64,000 bases of DNA from the NCBI GenBank assembly GCA_964595535.1, contig CAZQRD010000004.1, positions 5,071 through 69,070 on the forward strand. Reading direction: 5' to 3'. Of the stretch, positions 8,630 to 18,710 are shown one piece after another. Both the position numbers and the translations under genes were made by a program. The notes under the pieces are model-generated. The model made no database searches and had not been told where the DNA came from. It saw nothing but the letters and a program-made list of their open reading frames with translations. Position 1 is the stretch's first letter. Each line of letters starts with the position of its first letter. This stretch comes from an uncultured Flavobacteriaceae bacterium (GTDB taxonomy: Bacteria > Bacteroidota > Bacteroidia > Flavobacteriales > Flavobacteriaceae).

Positions 8630-10756
8630 TTATCTTTTTGAATGTAATGACAATTGAATACGTTTTCGATTTTTATCGACTTCCAAGACCTTTACAATCA
8701 CCTGCTGATTAAGGTTCACGATTTCATTTACATCCTTGACAAAGGTATCTGACAGATTAGAGACATGGATCAAGCCGTTTTCTTTGATCCCGATATCCAC
8801 AAAGCAACCGAAATTTGTAATATTATTAATAATTCCCGGGAGCAACTGACCTTCCCGAAGATCATCAATGGTTTTCAAATTATGGTCAAAGCTGAATACT
8901 CTTGCTTTTTCCCTCGGATCGAGCCCGGGTTTTTCCAGTTCTGTTACAATATCTTTTAAAGTTGGTAGCCCTATCTCATCTGTTGTATATTTTGTAAGAT
9001 CGAGCTGCTGGAGAATATTTTTATTAGCTATAAGTTCGGCTACACTTTTGTTCGCATCCCTCGCAATTTGACTAACAAGTGCATAACGTTCAGGATGAAC
9101 AGCGGAGTCGTCAAGGGGGTTCTTTGCGTTCTTGATTCTAAGAAAGCCGGCACTTTGTTCAAATGCCTTTTCGCCCAATCTCGCTACTTTTTTTATGTCG
9201 GAGCGTGATATAAAAGATTCCTTTTCTTTTCTGTAAGCAACAATATTTTCGGCCAGCTTTTCACCGATGCCAGAAACATAGCTTAGCAAGGAAACACTTG
9301 CAGTATTAATATTGACGCCAATGGTATTGACACAACTTTCCACAACCATATCTAAACTGTTCTTCAATTTACTTTGATCCACATCATGCTGGTATTGACC
9401 AACCCCGATAGATTTTGGATCGATTTTAACCAATTCGGCCAAGGGGTCAGCAAGCCGCCGTCCTATAGAAACCGCACCTCTTACAGTAACATCATAATTC
9501 GGAAATTCATCACGGGCAATTTTCGAAGCTGAATAAATAGAAGCTCCGGCCTCATTGACCACAAATACTTCCACCTCTTTATTAAAACGAATTCTTTTGA
9601 CCAGACTTTCAGTTTCACGTGAAGCTGTACCGTTTCCAATGGCTATGGCATCAATTTTATAGGCATCAACCAATGAACTTAGCTTTTTGATGGCTCCTTT
9701 ACTGTCGTTTGTAGGTGCATGAGGATAGATATTTTCATTGTACTCAAGTGCTCCCTGAGCACTCAAACAAACTAATTTACAGCCCGATCGAAAACCAGGA
9801 TCAATGGCCAAAATCCTTTTTTCACCTAATGGAGCCCCCAATAACAGCTGCCTCAAATTCTTGGAAAAAACCTTGATCGCGTTGTCATCTGCCCTGTCTT
9901 TTGCTGCTTGGAGAATTTCATTCGAAAGAGAAGGGAAAAGTAATCTTTTGTAGGCATCTTCGACGGCCAGAGAAATTTGATTTGCACATTCGTCTGTACT
10001 CGTTATGATTCTTCTTTTGATTTCATCAATGATCCGGTTTTTATCAAGTTCAATATGGACTCTTAAAAATCCCTCTCTTTCTGCTCTTAAAATGGCGAGT
10101 AAACGATGGGAAGGGCAAGAGTTTAGTTCTTCTTCCCAATTAAAATAATCTTTAAATTTTATGGCTTTATCACTGTCTGCCTTTGATTGCACTACTTTGG
10201 TTCGGATCTTCGCAAATTTGTTCAAATGCCAACGAATTCGATTTCTAACACTGGTTCTTTCGTTGATCCATTCGGCTATGATATGTCGTGCCCCTTCAAG
10301 AGCATCTGTGCTGTCGATCTCAGATGAGGTATACTTTCTTACAATTTCGTCTAATTGTAAAGGTTTTTGACTCATGATGATCTTGGCCAATGGTTCTAAT
10401 CCATTTATTCGGGCCTTTTCAGCCTTTGTCTTTCTCTTTCTTTTAAAAGGAAGATAGAGGTCTTCCAGAGTATTTAAATCACCTGTGGCTTCAATGTTAG
10501 CCTTAAGTTCATTTGTTAAAACTTCTTGATCTTTAAGTGTTTTTAAAATAGAGATCTTACGTTTTTCTAATTCTTCAAAGAGATGCTTAAACCTAACTAT
10601 GTCGCCTATTTGAACTTCATCTAAATTTCCTGTATGCTCTTTTCGATAACGGGAAATAAACGGAATCGTACAATCTTGATTTAATAATTGAATGGTATTC
10701 TCAACTCCTTTTGAGAGAAGGTTCGTTTTTGAAGTTATAAAACTTAATAATTGCAT
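8630..10756 (-). CDS. tex: Tex family RNA-binding transcriptional accessory protein
   Basis: TIPFISRYRKEHTGNLDEVQI, YqgF-like AIDPGFRSGCK, HhH region, C-terminal S1 domain. Confidence 0.95.
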   Translation of the reverse strand: MQLLSFITSKTNLLSKGVENTIQLLNQDCTIPFISRYRKEHTGNLDEVQIGDIVRFKHLFEELEKRKISILKTLKDQEVLTNELKANIEATGDLNTLEDLYLPFKRKRKTKAEKARINGLEPLAKIIMSQKPLQLDEIVRKYTSSEIDSTDALEGARHIIAEWINERTSVRNRIRWHLNKFAKIRTKVVQSKADSDKAIKFKDYFNWEEELNSCPSHRLLAILRAEREGFLRVHIELDKNRIIDEIKRRIITSTDECANQISLAVEDAYKRLLFPSLSNEILQAAKDRADDNAIKVFSKNLRQLLLGAPLGEKRILAIDPGFRSGCKLVCLSAQGALEYNENIYPHAPTNDSKGAIKKLSSLVDAYKIDAIAIGNGTASRETESLVKRIRFNKEVEVFVVNEAGASIYSASKIARDEFPNYDVTVRGAVSIGRRLADPLAELVKIDPKSIGVGQYQHDVDQSKLKNSLDMVVESCVNTIGVNINTASVSLLSYVSGIGEKLAENIVAYRKEKESFISRSDIKKVARLGEKAFEQSAGFLRIKNAKNPLDDSAVHPERYALVSQIARDANKSVAELIANKNILQQLDLTKYTTDEIGLPTLKDIVTELEKPGLDPREKARVFSFDHNLKTIDDLREGQLLPGIINNITNFGCFVDIGIKENGLIHVSNLSDTFVKDVNEIVNLNQQVIVKVLEVDKNRKRIQLSLHSKR

Positions 10757-10816
10757 GTGTCAAAATTGGAAAACACAAAGGTATAGTTTCAAGGAGATAA
10801 AATAAGGCGGAAATTT

Positions 10817-10846
10817 AAAAACCCAATGAAAAATTAAACATTGGGT
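10817..10846 (-). terminator. Probable intrinsic terminator of the ECF trio
   Basis: ACCCAATG/CATTGGGT 8-bp stem followed on the minus strand by a short T run, 17 nt after the stop at 10863. Confidence 0.5.
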
Positions 10847-10862
10847 CTTTAGCTTGTATTTC

Positions 10863-11936
10863 TTATAAATCGAGTCGCAAACCAATAGCAATATTATTTT
10901 CCTTGCGATTTGGATCGTTAAAAATTTTGTTCAAATCATATTTCACATAGAAAGAAAAATCATCAGCACCGATATAACTACTTAAACCGTAAATAAGATT
11001 GCTTGTGTTATAGCTTTGTGTAATCTTATCTTTTTGCTTCGACCCATTTTGAGAATATTTTAATTTTTGGCGTGTTCGCATGTTAAATCCGAAATAACTT
11101 CCAATACCAAATTTGAATTTTTTTCTTGTGGAAAATCGAAAATAACTTCCTTTATCGATTTTTTTAGAAGGACCAAATTCAAAATGAATGGGTACTACCA
11201 AATTGTCCATTCGAAGTTTTGATTTAGTTAAACTTCCAGGAAACTCTTCCAAATAAGTTAATTCTCCATCTTGAACGAAATACATGTTATCCGTTGGATT
11301 TAAGCCATTGAACTGGAAGGCAAAGCCATACCTAAAACGAATGGCATTAGATGCCTCAAGGACCCTTGTGGTCCATGTCCAACCCATTTCAAAAAATTTA
11401 CTTTTCCCCATTTTATAGGGTGAGTTGTCGATAGATTGCCCTTCAATAATAGCATTGTTAAAACCAAAGGCAACTAATAGATTCGAATGTGTTCTTTTGT
11501 CATATTTTTTTTGTTTACCATAATAGATATCAACCAGAGGGTCTTCATCGTCAAAAATTTTAATTTCAACACGGGAGATATCTTCGTGAACGACGATAAT
11601 TGTATCGGTTTTCTTCTTGGTGGCACCGGCTCTAGCTAATAAGGCTGCTTCATTTTCTAGGATTGCTATTCTGTTTTCAATATTTAAGGCATGTATTTCA
11701 GAAGCATCTTCTTTTAATTTAGTGGCTTCTTCAGATGTAATATCGCCATGATTGAATCGTTTATTTATCGCTATTACTTCCTCTTTAAGTACTTCTTTTT
11801 CTTCAGAAATTATTTCCTTTTTCTTTTGTTCTAAAGCTTCTTCTTTTTCATATGTCTTTTCTTTTTCTTGCGCCAAAATTTGTGGACACACAAAAACTTG
11901 GCTAATTAAGAATGCTATAAGCAGTATTTTTTTCAT
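10863..11936 (-). CDS. Secreted protein with N-terminal coiled coil and probable C-terminal outer-membrane beta-barrel
   Basis: Signal peptide ending AQ, about 100 aa of E/K-rich heptads, then alternating-pattern strands ending IAIGLRLDL. Confidence 0.65.
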   Translation of the reverse strand: MKKILLIAFLISQVFVCPQILAQEKEKTYEKEEALEQKKKEIISEEKEVLKEEVIAINKRFNHGDITSEEATKLKEDASEIHALNIENRIAILENEAALLARAGATKKKTDTIIVVHEDISRVEIKIFDDEDPLVDIYYGKQKKYDKRTHSNLLVAFGFNNAIIEGQSIDNSPYKMGKSKFFEMGWTWTTRVLEASNAIRFRYGFAFQFNGLNPTDNMYFVQDGELTYLEEFPGSLTKSKLRMDNLVVPIHFEFGPSKKIDKGSYFRFSTRKKFKFGIGSYFGFNMRTRQKLKYSQNGSKQKDKITQSYNTSNLIYGLSSYIGADDFSFYVKYDLNKIFNDPNRKENNIAIGLRLDL

Positions 11937-11954
11937 AATGGGGTTATCATTTAA

Positions 11955-12641
11955 TCAATTTTCTCGTGATGTGACTACTTCTCTAGGATTTTTAAGAGTC
12001 TTTGCTATCTTCTCGATCAATTTTTGTTTTAGATCTTTATATAGATCCTCTTCAACAGAATTCAATAGAGCATTGGCACTTACTATTTTTTTTGATGAAA
12101 TTTGACCGTTTACAGTTAATTTTATTTTTGATTTATTTAATAATTGTTCAACTTCATCATCGATAAATTGTTCTTCAGAATTAAGTATTTCAGTTATTAG
12201 AATGGCTTCTGTTACTGTATCGTTAACTTTATTTATTGAAACCTTACTCTTATCAGCAGGCACAGTAAAAGCAATCTCTTCTGCACTGGCTTCACTCTTA
12301 TTTGATTCAAGTATGGGCCGCTTTTTGATTGTTGAAATTTCAGGAGAAACAGCAATTTCAGTGTCAATGACATCATTAATTTCAGGAAGATTGTTCAAAT
12401 TCTCTTTTAAAGATGGAGAAACAATGATTGGAGCATTAATTATTTCCTTATCGGGTTTCAAAAAATAAAATCCAACTGAGATAAAAATCAATATAACTGA
12501 AGCAACTTTGAAAAACCTTGGATTTATTCTTTTCTCTTTTTTTTCATGCTCAGTTAAATTTCTATTTAACTTTTCCCAGGAATCTGAAGATGGTTTGATG
12601 GTCCTGTTTTGAAGTTGTTCCTTGTAATTATGTTGTTTCAT
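11955..12641 (-). CDS. Single-TM putative anti-sigma factor
   Basis: 4-nt overlap with the ECF sigma gene; short N-terminal PSSDSWEKL segment; one TM helix (FFKVASVILIFISVGFYFL); low-complexity linker; helical C-terminus. Confidence 0.65.
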   Translation of the reverse strand: MKQHNYKEQLQNRTIKPSSDSWEKLNRNLTEHEKKEKRINPRFFKVASVILIFISVGFYFLKPDKEIINAPIIVSPSLKENLNNLPEINDVIDTEIAVSPEISTIKKRPILESNKSEASAEEIAFTVPADKSKVSINKVNDTVTEAILITEILNSEEQFIDDEVEQLLNKSKIKLTVNGQISSKKIVSANALLNSVEEDLYKDLKQKLIEKIAKTLKNPREVVTSREN

Positions 12642-13192
12642 AGTACTTTTTTTTGATTTAAGGAGATCATTTCTTTCAATGCCTTCCTTGCCCTAAATAG
12701 CTGAGTCTTGGTAGTTCCAACAGTAACCTTCAAAATCTCTGCTATTTCGCTATGTTTATATCCCTCAATTACATACATATTGAAAACAATTTTGCAAGCT
12801 TCAGGTAGTTCATTTATATAGTTATGGAGATCTTCAACGGCAATTTTTAGTTCAACCTCATTTTCAACTATAGTTTCAAAAATTTCAATTTTGTCGGTGA
12901 AAATGAGTTCATCCTTTTTACGTAAATAAGAAATACACTCAAACACCATTATTTTTCGGATCCAACCTTCAAAACTTCCTTTATTTGAATACTGATTTAG
13001 TTTTGTAAACACCTTAAAAAAACCACTCAACATGATTTCTTCAGATTGTCGTAAGTCTTTAATATAATAGGCGCATAAATTCAGCATTTTAGGCGCGTAT
13101 TTATCAAACAACAGTTTTTGCGCCTTTCTTTTCTTAAGAAGCGACTGCTTGATTAAATGTGAATCGTTATTTATTTTAATGACTTTTGACAT
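12638..13192 (-). CDS. ECF-type RNA polymerase sigma factor
   Basis: Region 2 (GSFEGWIRKIMV) and region 4 (EGYKHSEIAEILKVTVGTTKTQLFRAR); 184 aa. Confidence 0.93.
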   Translation of the reverse strand: MSKVIKINNDSHLIKQSLLKKRKAQKLLFDKYAPKMLNLCAYYIKDLRQSEEIMLSGFFKVFTKLNQYSNKGSFEGWIRKIMVFECISYLRKKDELIFTDKIEIFETIVENEVELKIAVEDLHNYINELPEACKIVFNMYVIEGYKHSEIAEILKVTVGTTKTQLFRARKALKEMISLNQKKVL

Positions 13193-13219
13193 GCTTCTAA
13201 AAGGCCTTATATATATAAA

Positions 13220-13247
13220 GACGTAAAAATTACTAAAAAGGTTGACA
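13220..13247 (-). promoter_or_regulatory. ECF-type promoter upstream of the ECF sigma gene
   Basis: Minus strand TGTCAACC-N16-CGTC matches the generic ECF -35 AAC / -10 CGTC architecture. Confidence 0.6.
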
Positions 13248-13278
13248 AGGATTTTTTAGATAGCTCAATTTAGGGCAT

Positions 13279-13310
13279 AAAAAAACATGAAACAAATAGC
13301 TTGCTTCATG
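13279..13310 (-). terminator. Intrinsic terminator of metG
   Basis: Minus strand CATGAAGCAA-GCTAT-TTGTTTCATG (10-bp stem, one G-U) followed by T7. Confidence 0.75.
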
Positions 13311-13334
13311 ATTTAATGTGAAACGGTTGAAATC

Positions 13335-15392
13335 TTAGCTCACTTTCTCTCCATTAACAACTGTATCTCCATCGGGCTCTATAAACGTAAGTTTTCCTTG
13401 GGGAGTGTCACTCATCAGGATCATCCCCTGACTTTCCACGCCTCTGAGTTTTCGAGGTGCCAGATTTACCAAAACCGTCACTTTTTGACCAATGATTTTT
13501 TTCGGGTCAAAACTTTCTGCAATACCACTCACTATGGTTCTTACATCGATGCCAACATCCACTGTTAGTTTTAAAAGTTTTTTTGTTTTTGGGATTTTTT
13601 CGGCTTGGAGGATGGTTCCTATTCTGATATCCAGCTTTGTGAAATCCTCAAAATTTATGGTTTCCTTTTGAGGTTCGAGTATCACTTCAGCGTTGCTTAA
13701 TTTGGTGGCTTCCAACTTGTCGATCTGTTGTTGAATGTCGTTATCCTCGATCTTGGCAAAAAGCAATTCGGCCTTACCGATTTGATGCTTTGACAACAAC
13801 AGATTTTTTTCTGGGTTGATTGAATTCCAGTTCAAGGGTTCAAGGTCTTCCATGTTTAGAATCCCTTTTAGTTTTTTACTTGTAAAGGGTAAAAAAGGTT
13901 CGCAAAGAACAGCAAGAGCAGCGGCGATTTGAAGGGCCACAAACATAATGGTGTCAACTCTTTCGGGATTCGTTTTGATCTGCTTCCAGGGTTCTTCATC
14001 TGCGAGATACTTGTTACCAAGCCTTGCCAGATTCATAAGTTCAGACAGAGCTTCTCTAAATCGATACCTTTTGATCGACTTTTCTATGATACCTGGATAC
14101 TTAGATGTTAGTTCAAGAGTTTGTTGATCTGTCTCGGTAAATCCATGTGGGGAAGCAATGACTCCCTCATAATATTTGTTGGTTAGTACGACCACCCTGT
14201 TGATAAAATTGCCAAAGATGGCTACAAGTTCATTATTGTTCCTTGCCTGAAAATCTTTCCAGGTAAAGTCGTTGTCTTTTGTTTCAGGTGCGTTTGCTGT
14301 AAGCACATATCTTAAAACATCCTGTTTTTCTGGAAAATCCTCAAGGTATTCATGTAGCCAAACGGCCCAATTTCTTGAGGTTGAGATCTTGTTGCCCTCA
14401 AGGTTTAAAAATTCATTCGCCGGCACATTTTCGGGAAGAATATAACTCCCTTGTGCCTTCAACATGGCGGGAAAGATGATACAGTGAAAAACGATATTAT
14501 CTTTGCCAATAAAATGAATGAGTTGCGTGTCTTTATCCTTCCAATAGGGCTCCCAGTTTTTTCCTGTTCTTTCTGCCCATTCTTTGGTTGATGATATATA
14601 TCCAATGGGAGCGTCGAACCACACATATAAAACCTTTCCTTCAGCTCCTTTGACCGGAACTGGAATTCCCCAATCGAGATCTCTGGTTACAGCTCTTGGT
14701 TTTAGACCATCATCTATCCATGATTTTACCTGGCCAAGCACATTGGCTTTCCAATCATTTTTATGACCCTTTAAAATCCATTCACCCAACCAGTCTTGAT
14801 ATTCATTCAAAGGAAGATACCAGTGCCGCGTTTCCTTGAGTGAAGGTACATTTCCCGTAATGACAGATTTAGGATTGATCAGGTCTTTGGCATTGTGACT
14901 TGTTCCGCAATTTTCACACTGATCTCCGTAACTTTCTGCATAACCGCACTTCGGGCAAGTTCCAATGATAAATCTATCGGCTAGAAACTGTTTGGCCTCT
15001 TCATCATAAAGTTGTGCTGAAGTCTCTTCGATAAACTTTCCGTGATCGTAGAGGTCTTTAAAAAATTCAGAAGCGGTCTCATGATGAACCGGAGCGGACG
15101 TTCGGGAATAATTGTCAAAAGTGATTCCAAATTCCTTAAAAGATGTTTTGATGATTTTATGGTATTTATCCACTACCTGTTGTGGTGAAATGCCTTCGGC
15201 TTTAGCCTTAAGGGTAATGGGAACGCCATGTTCATCAGATCCGCAAACAAATGCTACATCCTTGCCATTAAGGCGAAGGTATCGGGCATATATGTCGGCG
15301 GGAACATATACGCCTGCCAAATGACCTATATGAACAGGTCCGTTTGTATAGGGTAATGCGGCAGTTATCGTATATCTCTTAGGATCTTGCAT
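13335..15392 (-). CDS. metG: Methionine--tRNA ligase with C-terminal tRNA-binding domain
   Basis: [11 protein letters not shown] (HIGH), CPKC/CENC zinc knuckle, YVWFDA, KISTS (KMSKS-like), C-terminal OB fold ESQGM. Confidence 0.98.
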   Translation of the reverse strand: MQDPKRYTITAALPYTNGPVHIGHLAGVYVPADIYARYLRLNGKDVAFVCGSDEHGVPITLKAKAEGISPQQVVDKYHKIIKTSFKEFGITFDNYSRTSAPVHHETASEFFKDLYDHGKFIEETSAQLYDEEAKQFLADRFIIGTCPKCGYAESYGDQCENCGTSHNAKDLINPKSVITGNVPSLKETRHWYLPLNEYQDWLGEWILKGHKNDWKANVLGQVKSWIDDGLKPRAVTRDLDWGIPVPVKGAEGKVLYVWFDAPIGYISSTKEWAERTGKNWEPYWKDKDTQLIHFIGKDNIVFHCIIFPAMLKAQGSYILPENVPANEFLNLEGNKISTSRNWAVWLHEYLEDFPEKQDVLRYVLTANAPETKDNDFTWKDFQARNNNELVAIFGNFINRVVVLTNKYYEGVIASPHGFTETDQQTLELTSKYPGIIEKSIKRYRFREALSELMNLARLGNKYLADEEPWKQIKTNPERVDTIMFVALQIAAALAVLCEPFLPFTSKKLKGILNMEDLEPLNWNSINPEKNLLLSKHQIGKAELLFAKIEDNDIQQQIDKLEATKLSNAEVILEPQKETINFEDFTKLDIRIGTILQAEKIPKTKKLLKLTVDVGIDVRTIVSGIAESFDPKKIIGQKVTVLVNLAPRKLRGVESQGMILMSDTPQGKLTFIEPDGDTVVNGEKVS

Positions 15393-15410
15393 CTGTAAAA
15401 ATTAAGACCA

Positions 15411-15418
15411 CAAAAGTA
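15411..15418 (-). promoter_or_regulatory. Bacteroidota housekeeping -7 box for metG
   Basis: Minus strand TACTTTTG = TAnnTTTG, 19 nt upstream of the start. Confidence 0.6.
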
Positions 15419-15533
15419 AGAAAAAGGGAAAACATGTCATCCTTTATTTTCATTTATCAGGGCTTTGCTCAATACTTGAATGGGGATAGGCAAAAAATAG
15501 ATTTTAAATTCTATTTTTATCAAAAAATTCAAG

Positions 15534-16547
15534 ATGCTATCTATATTAAATCCAAAACTGTTTCCTCTTCTATTTCTTTTAATTTTTAGTTTTAATAGCC
15601 AGGCTCAGAATGATGAACAAAAGATCATCACAAGAGATCTTATAAGGCCATCTTATTTAAAAAAGGGAGACACGATCATTATTTTGTCACCTGCCGGAAA
15701 AGTTAGAGAGAGATCTGCAATTGACCCTGGGATAGAGTTGGCGAATCACTGGGGTTTGGTTGTTTTTTTTGGGAACCATTTACTTTCACAGAACAACAGT
15801 TTTGCAGGAACTGATAAAGAAAGACTGGAGGATTTGCAAAAGGCTTTAGACGATCCCAGTATCAAAGCCATTTGGGCCGCAAGAGGGGGTTACGGTTCGG
15901 TCCGTATTATTGATGATCTGGATTTTTCAAAGTTTATGCAGCATCCAAAATGGATCATTGGATATTCTGATATCACTGTTATGCACAACAAGCTACACGA
16001 ATTGGGATATCAGTCAATTCACGCACAGATGCCCTTGACACTGGATCTGGAAGACCCTGTGCAAAAGGAATCCATTCGAACCCTCTATCAAACCCTGTTC
16101 GGAAAGAAATTACAATACAAACTGAGCTCGTCAAAATTCAATCGAACGGGTGAAAGCTCAGGACAATTAGTTGGGGGGAACCTGTCAATTGTTTACAGCA
16201 TGCTGGCTTCTGACACTAATTTGAACATGAATAGAAAAATATTGTTTATTGAGGATGTTGGGGAGGCTTTATATCATATAGATCGTATGATGATCAGTTT
16301 AAAAAGAGCCGGCTATTTTAAGAATTGTTCGGGGATAATTGTTGGACAATTTAAGCTAAAACCGAATAAAGGCAACCCCTTTGGAAAATCTCTTGAAGAA
16401 ATTGTCCTTGAAGCCGCAGAAGGAACAGATTTTCCAATTGTATTCGATTTTCCCGCGGGTCATGTGGATGATAACAGAACCTTATTATTAGGAAGTTATG
16501 TTGACATGAAGGTTAGCAATACGAAGGCTAGAATACGATTTAGATAA
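15534..16547 (+). CDS. LD-carboxypeptidase (S66 family) with signal peptide
   Basis: ARGGYGS, GYSD nucleophile, GGNL, FIEDVGE, PAGH triad motifs; N-terminal signal ending AQ. Confidence 0.92.
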   Translation: MLSILNPKLFPLLFLLIFSFNSQAQNDEQKIITRDLIRPSYLKKGDTIIILSPAGKVRERSAIDPGIELANHWGLVVFFGNHLLSQNNSFAGTDKERLEDLQKALDDPSIKAIWAARGGYGSVRIIDDLDFSKFMQHPKWIIGYSDITVMHNKLHELGYQSIHAQMPLTLDLEDPVQKESIRTLYQTLFGKKLQYKLSSSKFNRTGESSGQLVGGNLSIVYSMLASDTNLNMNRKILFIEDVGEALYHIDRMMISLKRAGYFKNCSGIIVGQFKLKPNKGNPFGKSLEEIVLEAAEGTDFPIVFDFPAGHVDDNRTLLLGSYVDMKVSNTKARIRFR

Positions 16548-16550
16548 AGT

Positions 16551-16910
16551 ATGGCTTCTCATAATGAACTCGGTATTCTTGGAGAAGAACTGGCATTGGA
16601 TTATCTTGTCAAAAAGGGTTTTGTGATAAGAGAAAAGAACTGGCGGTTTCAAAAGGCCGAAGTAGATATCATTGCTCAAAAAGAAAGTGTTCTGGCTATA
16701 GTGGAGGTAAAGACCAGATCGACCAATTACTTTGGCGAACCTCAGGATTTTGTAAAAGCTCAAAAAATCAAATTACTGACGAAGGCCATAGATCATTATG
16801 TTGAGACGGAAGAACTTGATGTGGAGGTGCGTTTTGATGTGATAGGAATCATTAAAAATGACCTAAGGACCTCAATCATTCATTTGGAAGATGCGTTCTA
16901 CCATTTCTAA
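16551..16910 (+). CDS. yraN: YraN family putative endonuclease (UPF0102)
   Basis: G.LGEE.A, NWRFQKAEVDIIA, VEVKTR, RFDVIGI. Confidence 0.93.
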   Translation: MASHNELGILGEELALDYLVKKGFVIREKNWRFQKAEVDIIAQKESVLAIVEVKTRSTNYFGEPQDFVKAQKIKLLTKAIDHYVETEELDVEVRFDVIGIIKNDLRTSIIHLEDAFYHF

Positions 16911-16958
16911 AGACTTTTTATCTTCTTTTGATTGGTAACCTTAAGTTTATAAGCCACT

Positions 16959-18305
16959 CTATCTTGTTTCAAACATTGATTTCAACTCCTCAAAATCTCC
17001 GGGTTTGGCCAAAATCTTTTTGTCAACATCCAATACAAAATATGTAGGAATTGCGGTAACACCATAATCTTTCACTTTTTGGCTGGACCATTTGTCAAGA
17101 TCAAGAATATTAATGAATTCAACATATGTGCTGGTCATGGCCTCCCAACTTTCCTTTTCATCCTCAAGACCAACTGCAACCACTTTTATATTCTCAATCC
17201 CGATGATAAACTTGTAAAATTCTGGAATTTCCATCCGGCAATGCGGACAATTTGAGCTAAAGAATAGAACAATATAGTAATCGGTTCCGGTTAGCGTATG
17301 AAGAGAATTATTCACACCCTCCTCATTCCAGCTGAAATCAGCTGCGGTAATCCCGATAGCGGTTTTAAGGGTACCCACAATTTTTTTATTTAATACATCA
17401 CTTTGATTTTCAGCAGGTAAATTTTTGTAATAATTCTCATTGACAAAGTTGATCATTTCAACATTTTCATTCAAAAGAAATCCTTCTAACAAGTCTCCTT
17501 CAAAACTGCTTAACAATTCTATGTCTGTTCCGATCCATTGCAATGCTTTTTCAATAGCATTTTTTTGAAGTGCATTCTCTGAAACCTGATCTTCTGCCTG
17601 GTTCAAATAAAAGACATAATCATGCAGTCGGTCACTGACAAAAGTGGAGTGACTTAATTCTTCGTCTGAAAGGTCCATGTTGTCAAAAAAATGCTCTTTA
17701 ATGGCCTCCATATAACTATCAGGCTCTTTATGAGGATTTTCAGCGTTATATTGGGTACTGGAAACTATAAAATGGTTAGCGAGCATTCCCTTGGATTCTT
17801 TTTCATACCTACTTTGAACCTTATTTAAATCGCCTAGAAATTTTTTATATTGCTTCACTAAGTTCAAATCTTGGCTTTCTTCGGTAGATTTAAAATACAA
17901 TACCTGGATGGAGTCAATCTTTTGCTGATTAGACTTTATCTCATTATAATAGTTTTGATAAATATTATTTTCTTTTGACTGAGAAAAGGAAATTGAATTA
18001 TCAGGATTATTCGGATCAAAAGAAAATTCCACTTCTTCTTTATTATAAATAAACTCTACGTATAAACTGTTTTCAATTTGATAATAGGCCCTGTATATTC
18101 CTGAGGGTTCACTGTCGTTGATTTCAAACTTAAACTGTCCTTCCACCACGTCAGCATTGTCAACATAAGTCTGGTCTCCATTTTCCATTTTATACAACAG
18201 AATCCATGAATAGTCATGATCAGGATCAATGGTTCCCTTTATGGAAAATTGGGCCTGAAGTGAAAAACAAAATATAAATGTGATAAAAAAAAGGATCTTC
18301 TTCAT
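16959..18305 (-). CDS. Secreted TlpA/AhpC-TSA-like thiol-disulfide oxidoreductase with long N-terminal domain
   Basis: C-terminal thioredoxin fold with CPHC and YGVTAIPTYFVLD. Start refined to ATG 18305 because a TACCTTTG -7 box lies inside the longer track N-terminus. Confidence 0.85.
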   Translation of the reverse strand: MKKILFFITFIFCFSLQAQFSIKGTIDPDHDYSWILLYKMENGDQTYVDNADVVEGQFKFEINDSEPSGIYRAYYQIENSLYVEFIYNKEEVEFSFDPNNPDNSISFSQSKENNIYQNYYNEIKSNQQKIDSIQVLYFKSTEESQDLNLVKQYKKFLGDLNKVQSRYEKESKGMLANHFIVSSTQYNAENPHKEPDSYMEAIKEHFFDNMDLSDEELSHSTFVSDRLHDYVFYLNQAEDQVSENALQKNAIEKALQWIGTDIELLSSFEGDLLEGFLLNENVEMINFVNENYYKNLPAENQSDVLNKKIVGTLKTAIGITAADFSWNEEGVNNSLHTLTGTDYYIVLFFSSNCPHCRMEIPEFYKFIIGIENIKVVAVGLEDEKESWEAMTSTYVEFINILDLDKWSSQKVKDYGVTAIPTYFVLDVDKKILAKPGDFEELKSMFETR

Positions 18306-18374
18306 GTAATATTTTTGACAAAGGTACAATTTATCTCAAAATTTGATTTCATCTGTTTCGCCTGCGTAAGCCTA

Positions 18375-18710
18375 ATGAATATTAGTGTCAATTATTTTGG
18401 AACAATTGCTTTGTCAAAAGCATTGCTGCCTTATTTTGTTAAAAAAAAGCGGACATATTGTTGCCATCACTAGCGTTGTAGTAAAAATAGGGACACCTTG
18501 GCGTTCTTCTTATTCGGCATCTAAACACGCATTACATGGTTTTTTGACAGTTTAAGAGCTGAATTTTTTGCAAAATGGGCGCTTAAATCCATTTATACAA
18601 AGAGACAGGAAGTTGTAATAGGTGGAGCCCTTGAAGTTTTCGCAGTTTACGTCAAAAGATTTTCCCCCTTGCTCCTTTAAAGAATGGTTAGAAAAGTTGA
18701 TGTTACATAA
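18375..18710 (+). pseudogene. Degraded short-chain dehydrogenase/reductase (DHRS7-like) remnant
   Basis: Fragments in shifting frames: VNYFGTIALSKALLPYFVKK / SGHIVAITSVVVKIGTPWRSSYSASKHALHGF (YxxxK) / DSLRAE / KRQEVVIGGALEVFAVYVKRF / RMVRKVDVT*. Frameshifts at the A8 and T runs; Rossmann N-terminus absent. Confidence 0.85.

Noticed and set aside
11955-13192. Impression of lower GC in the ECF trio (possible horizontal transfer)
   Set aside because: Two spot-counted 60-nt lines gave 20% and 43% GC; too variable to claim without a computed profile
15493-15518. 9-bp inverted repeat AAAAATAGA/TCTATTTTT upstream of the LD-carboxypeptidase
   Set aside because: Almost purely A/T; expected by chance in this intergenic composition
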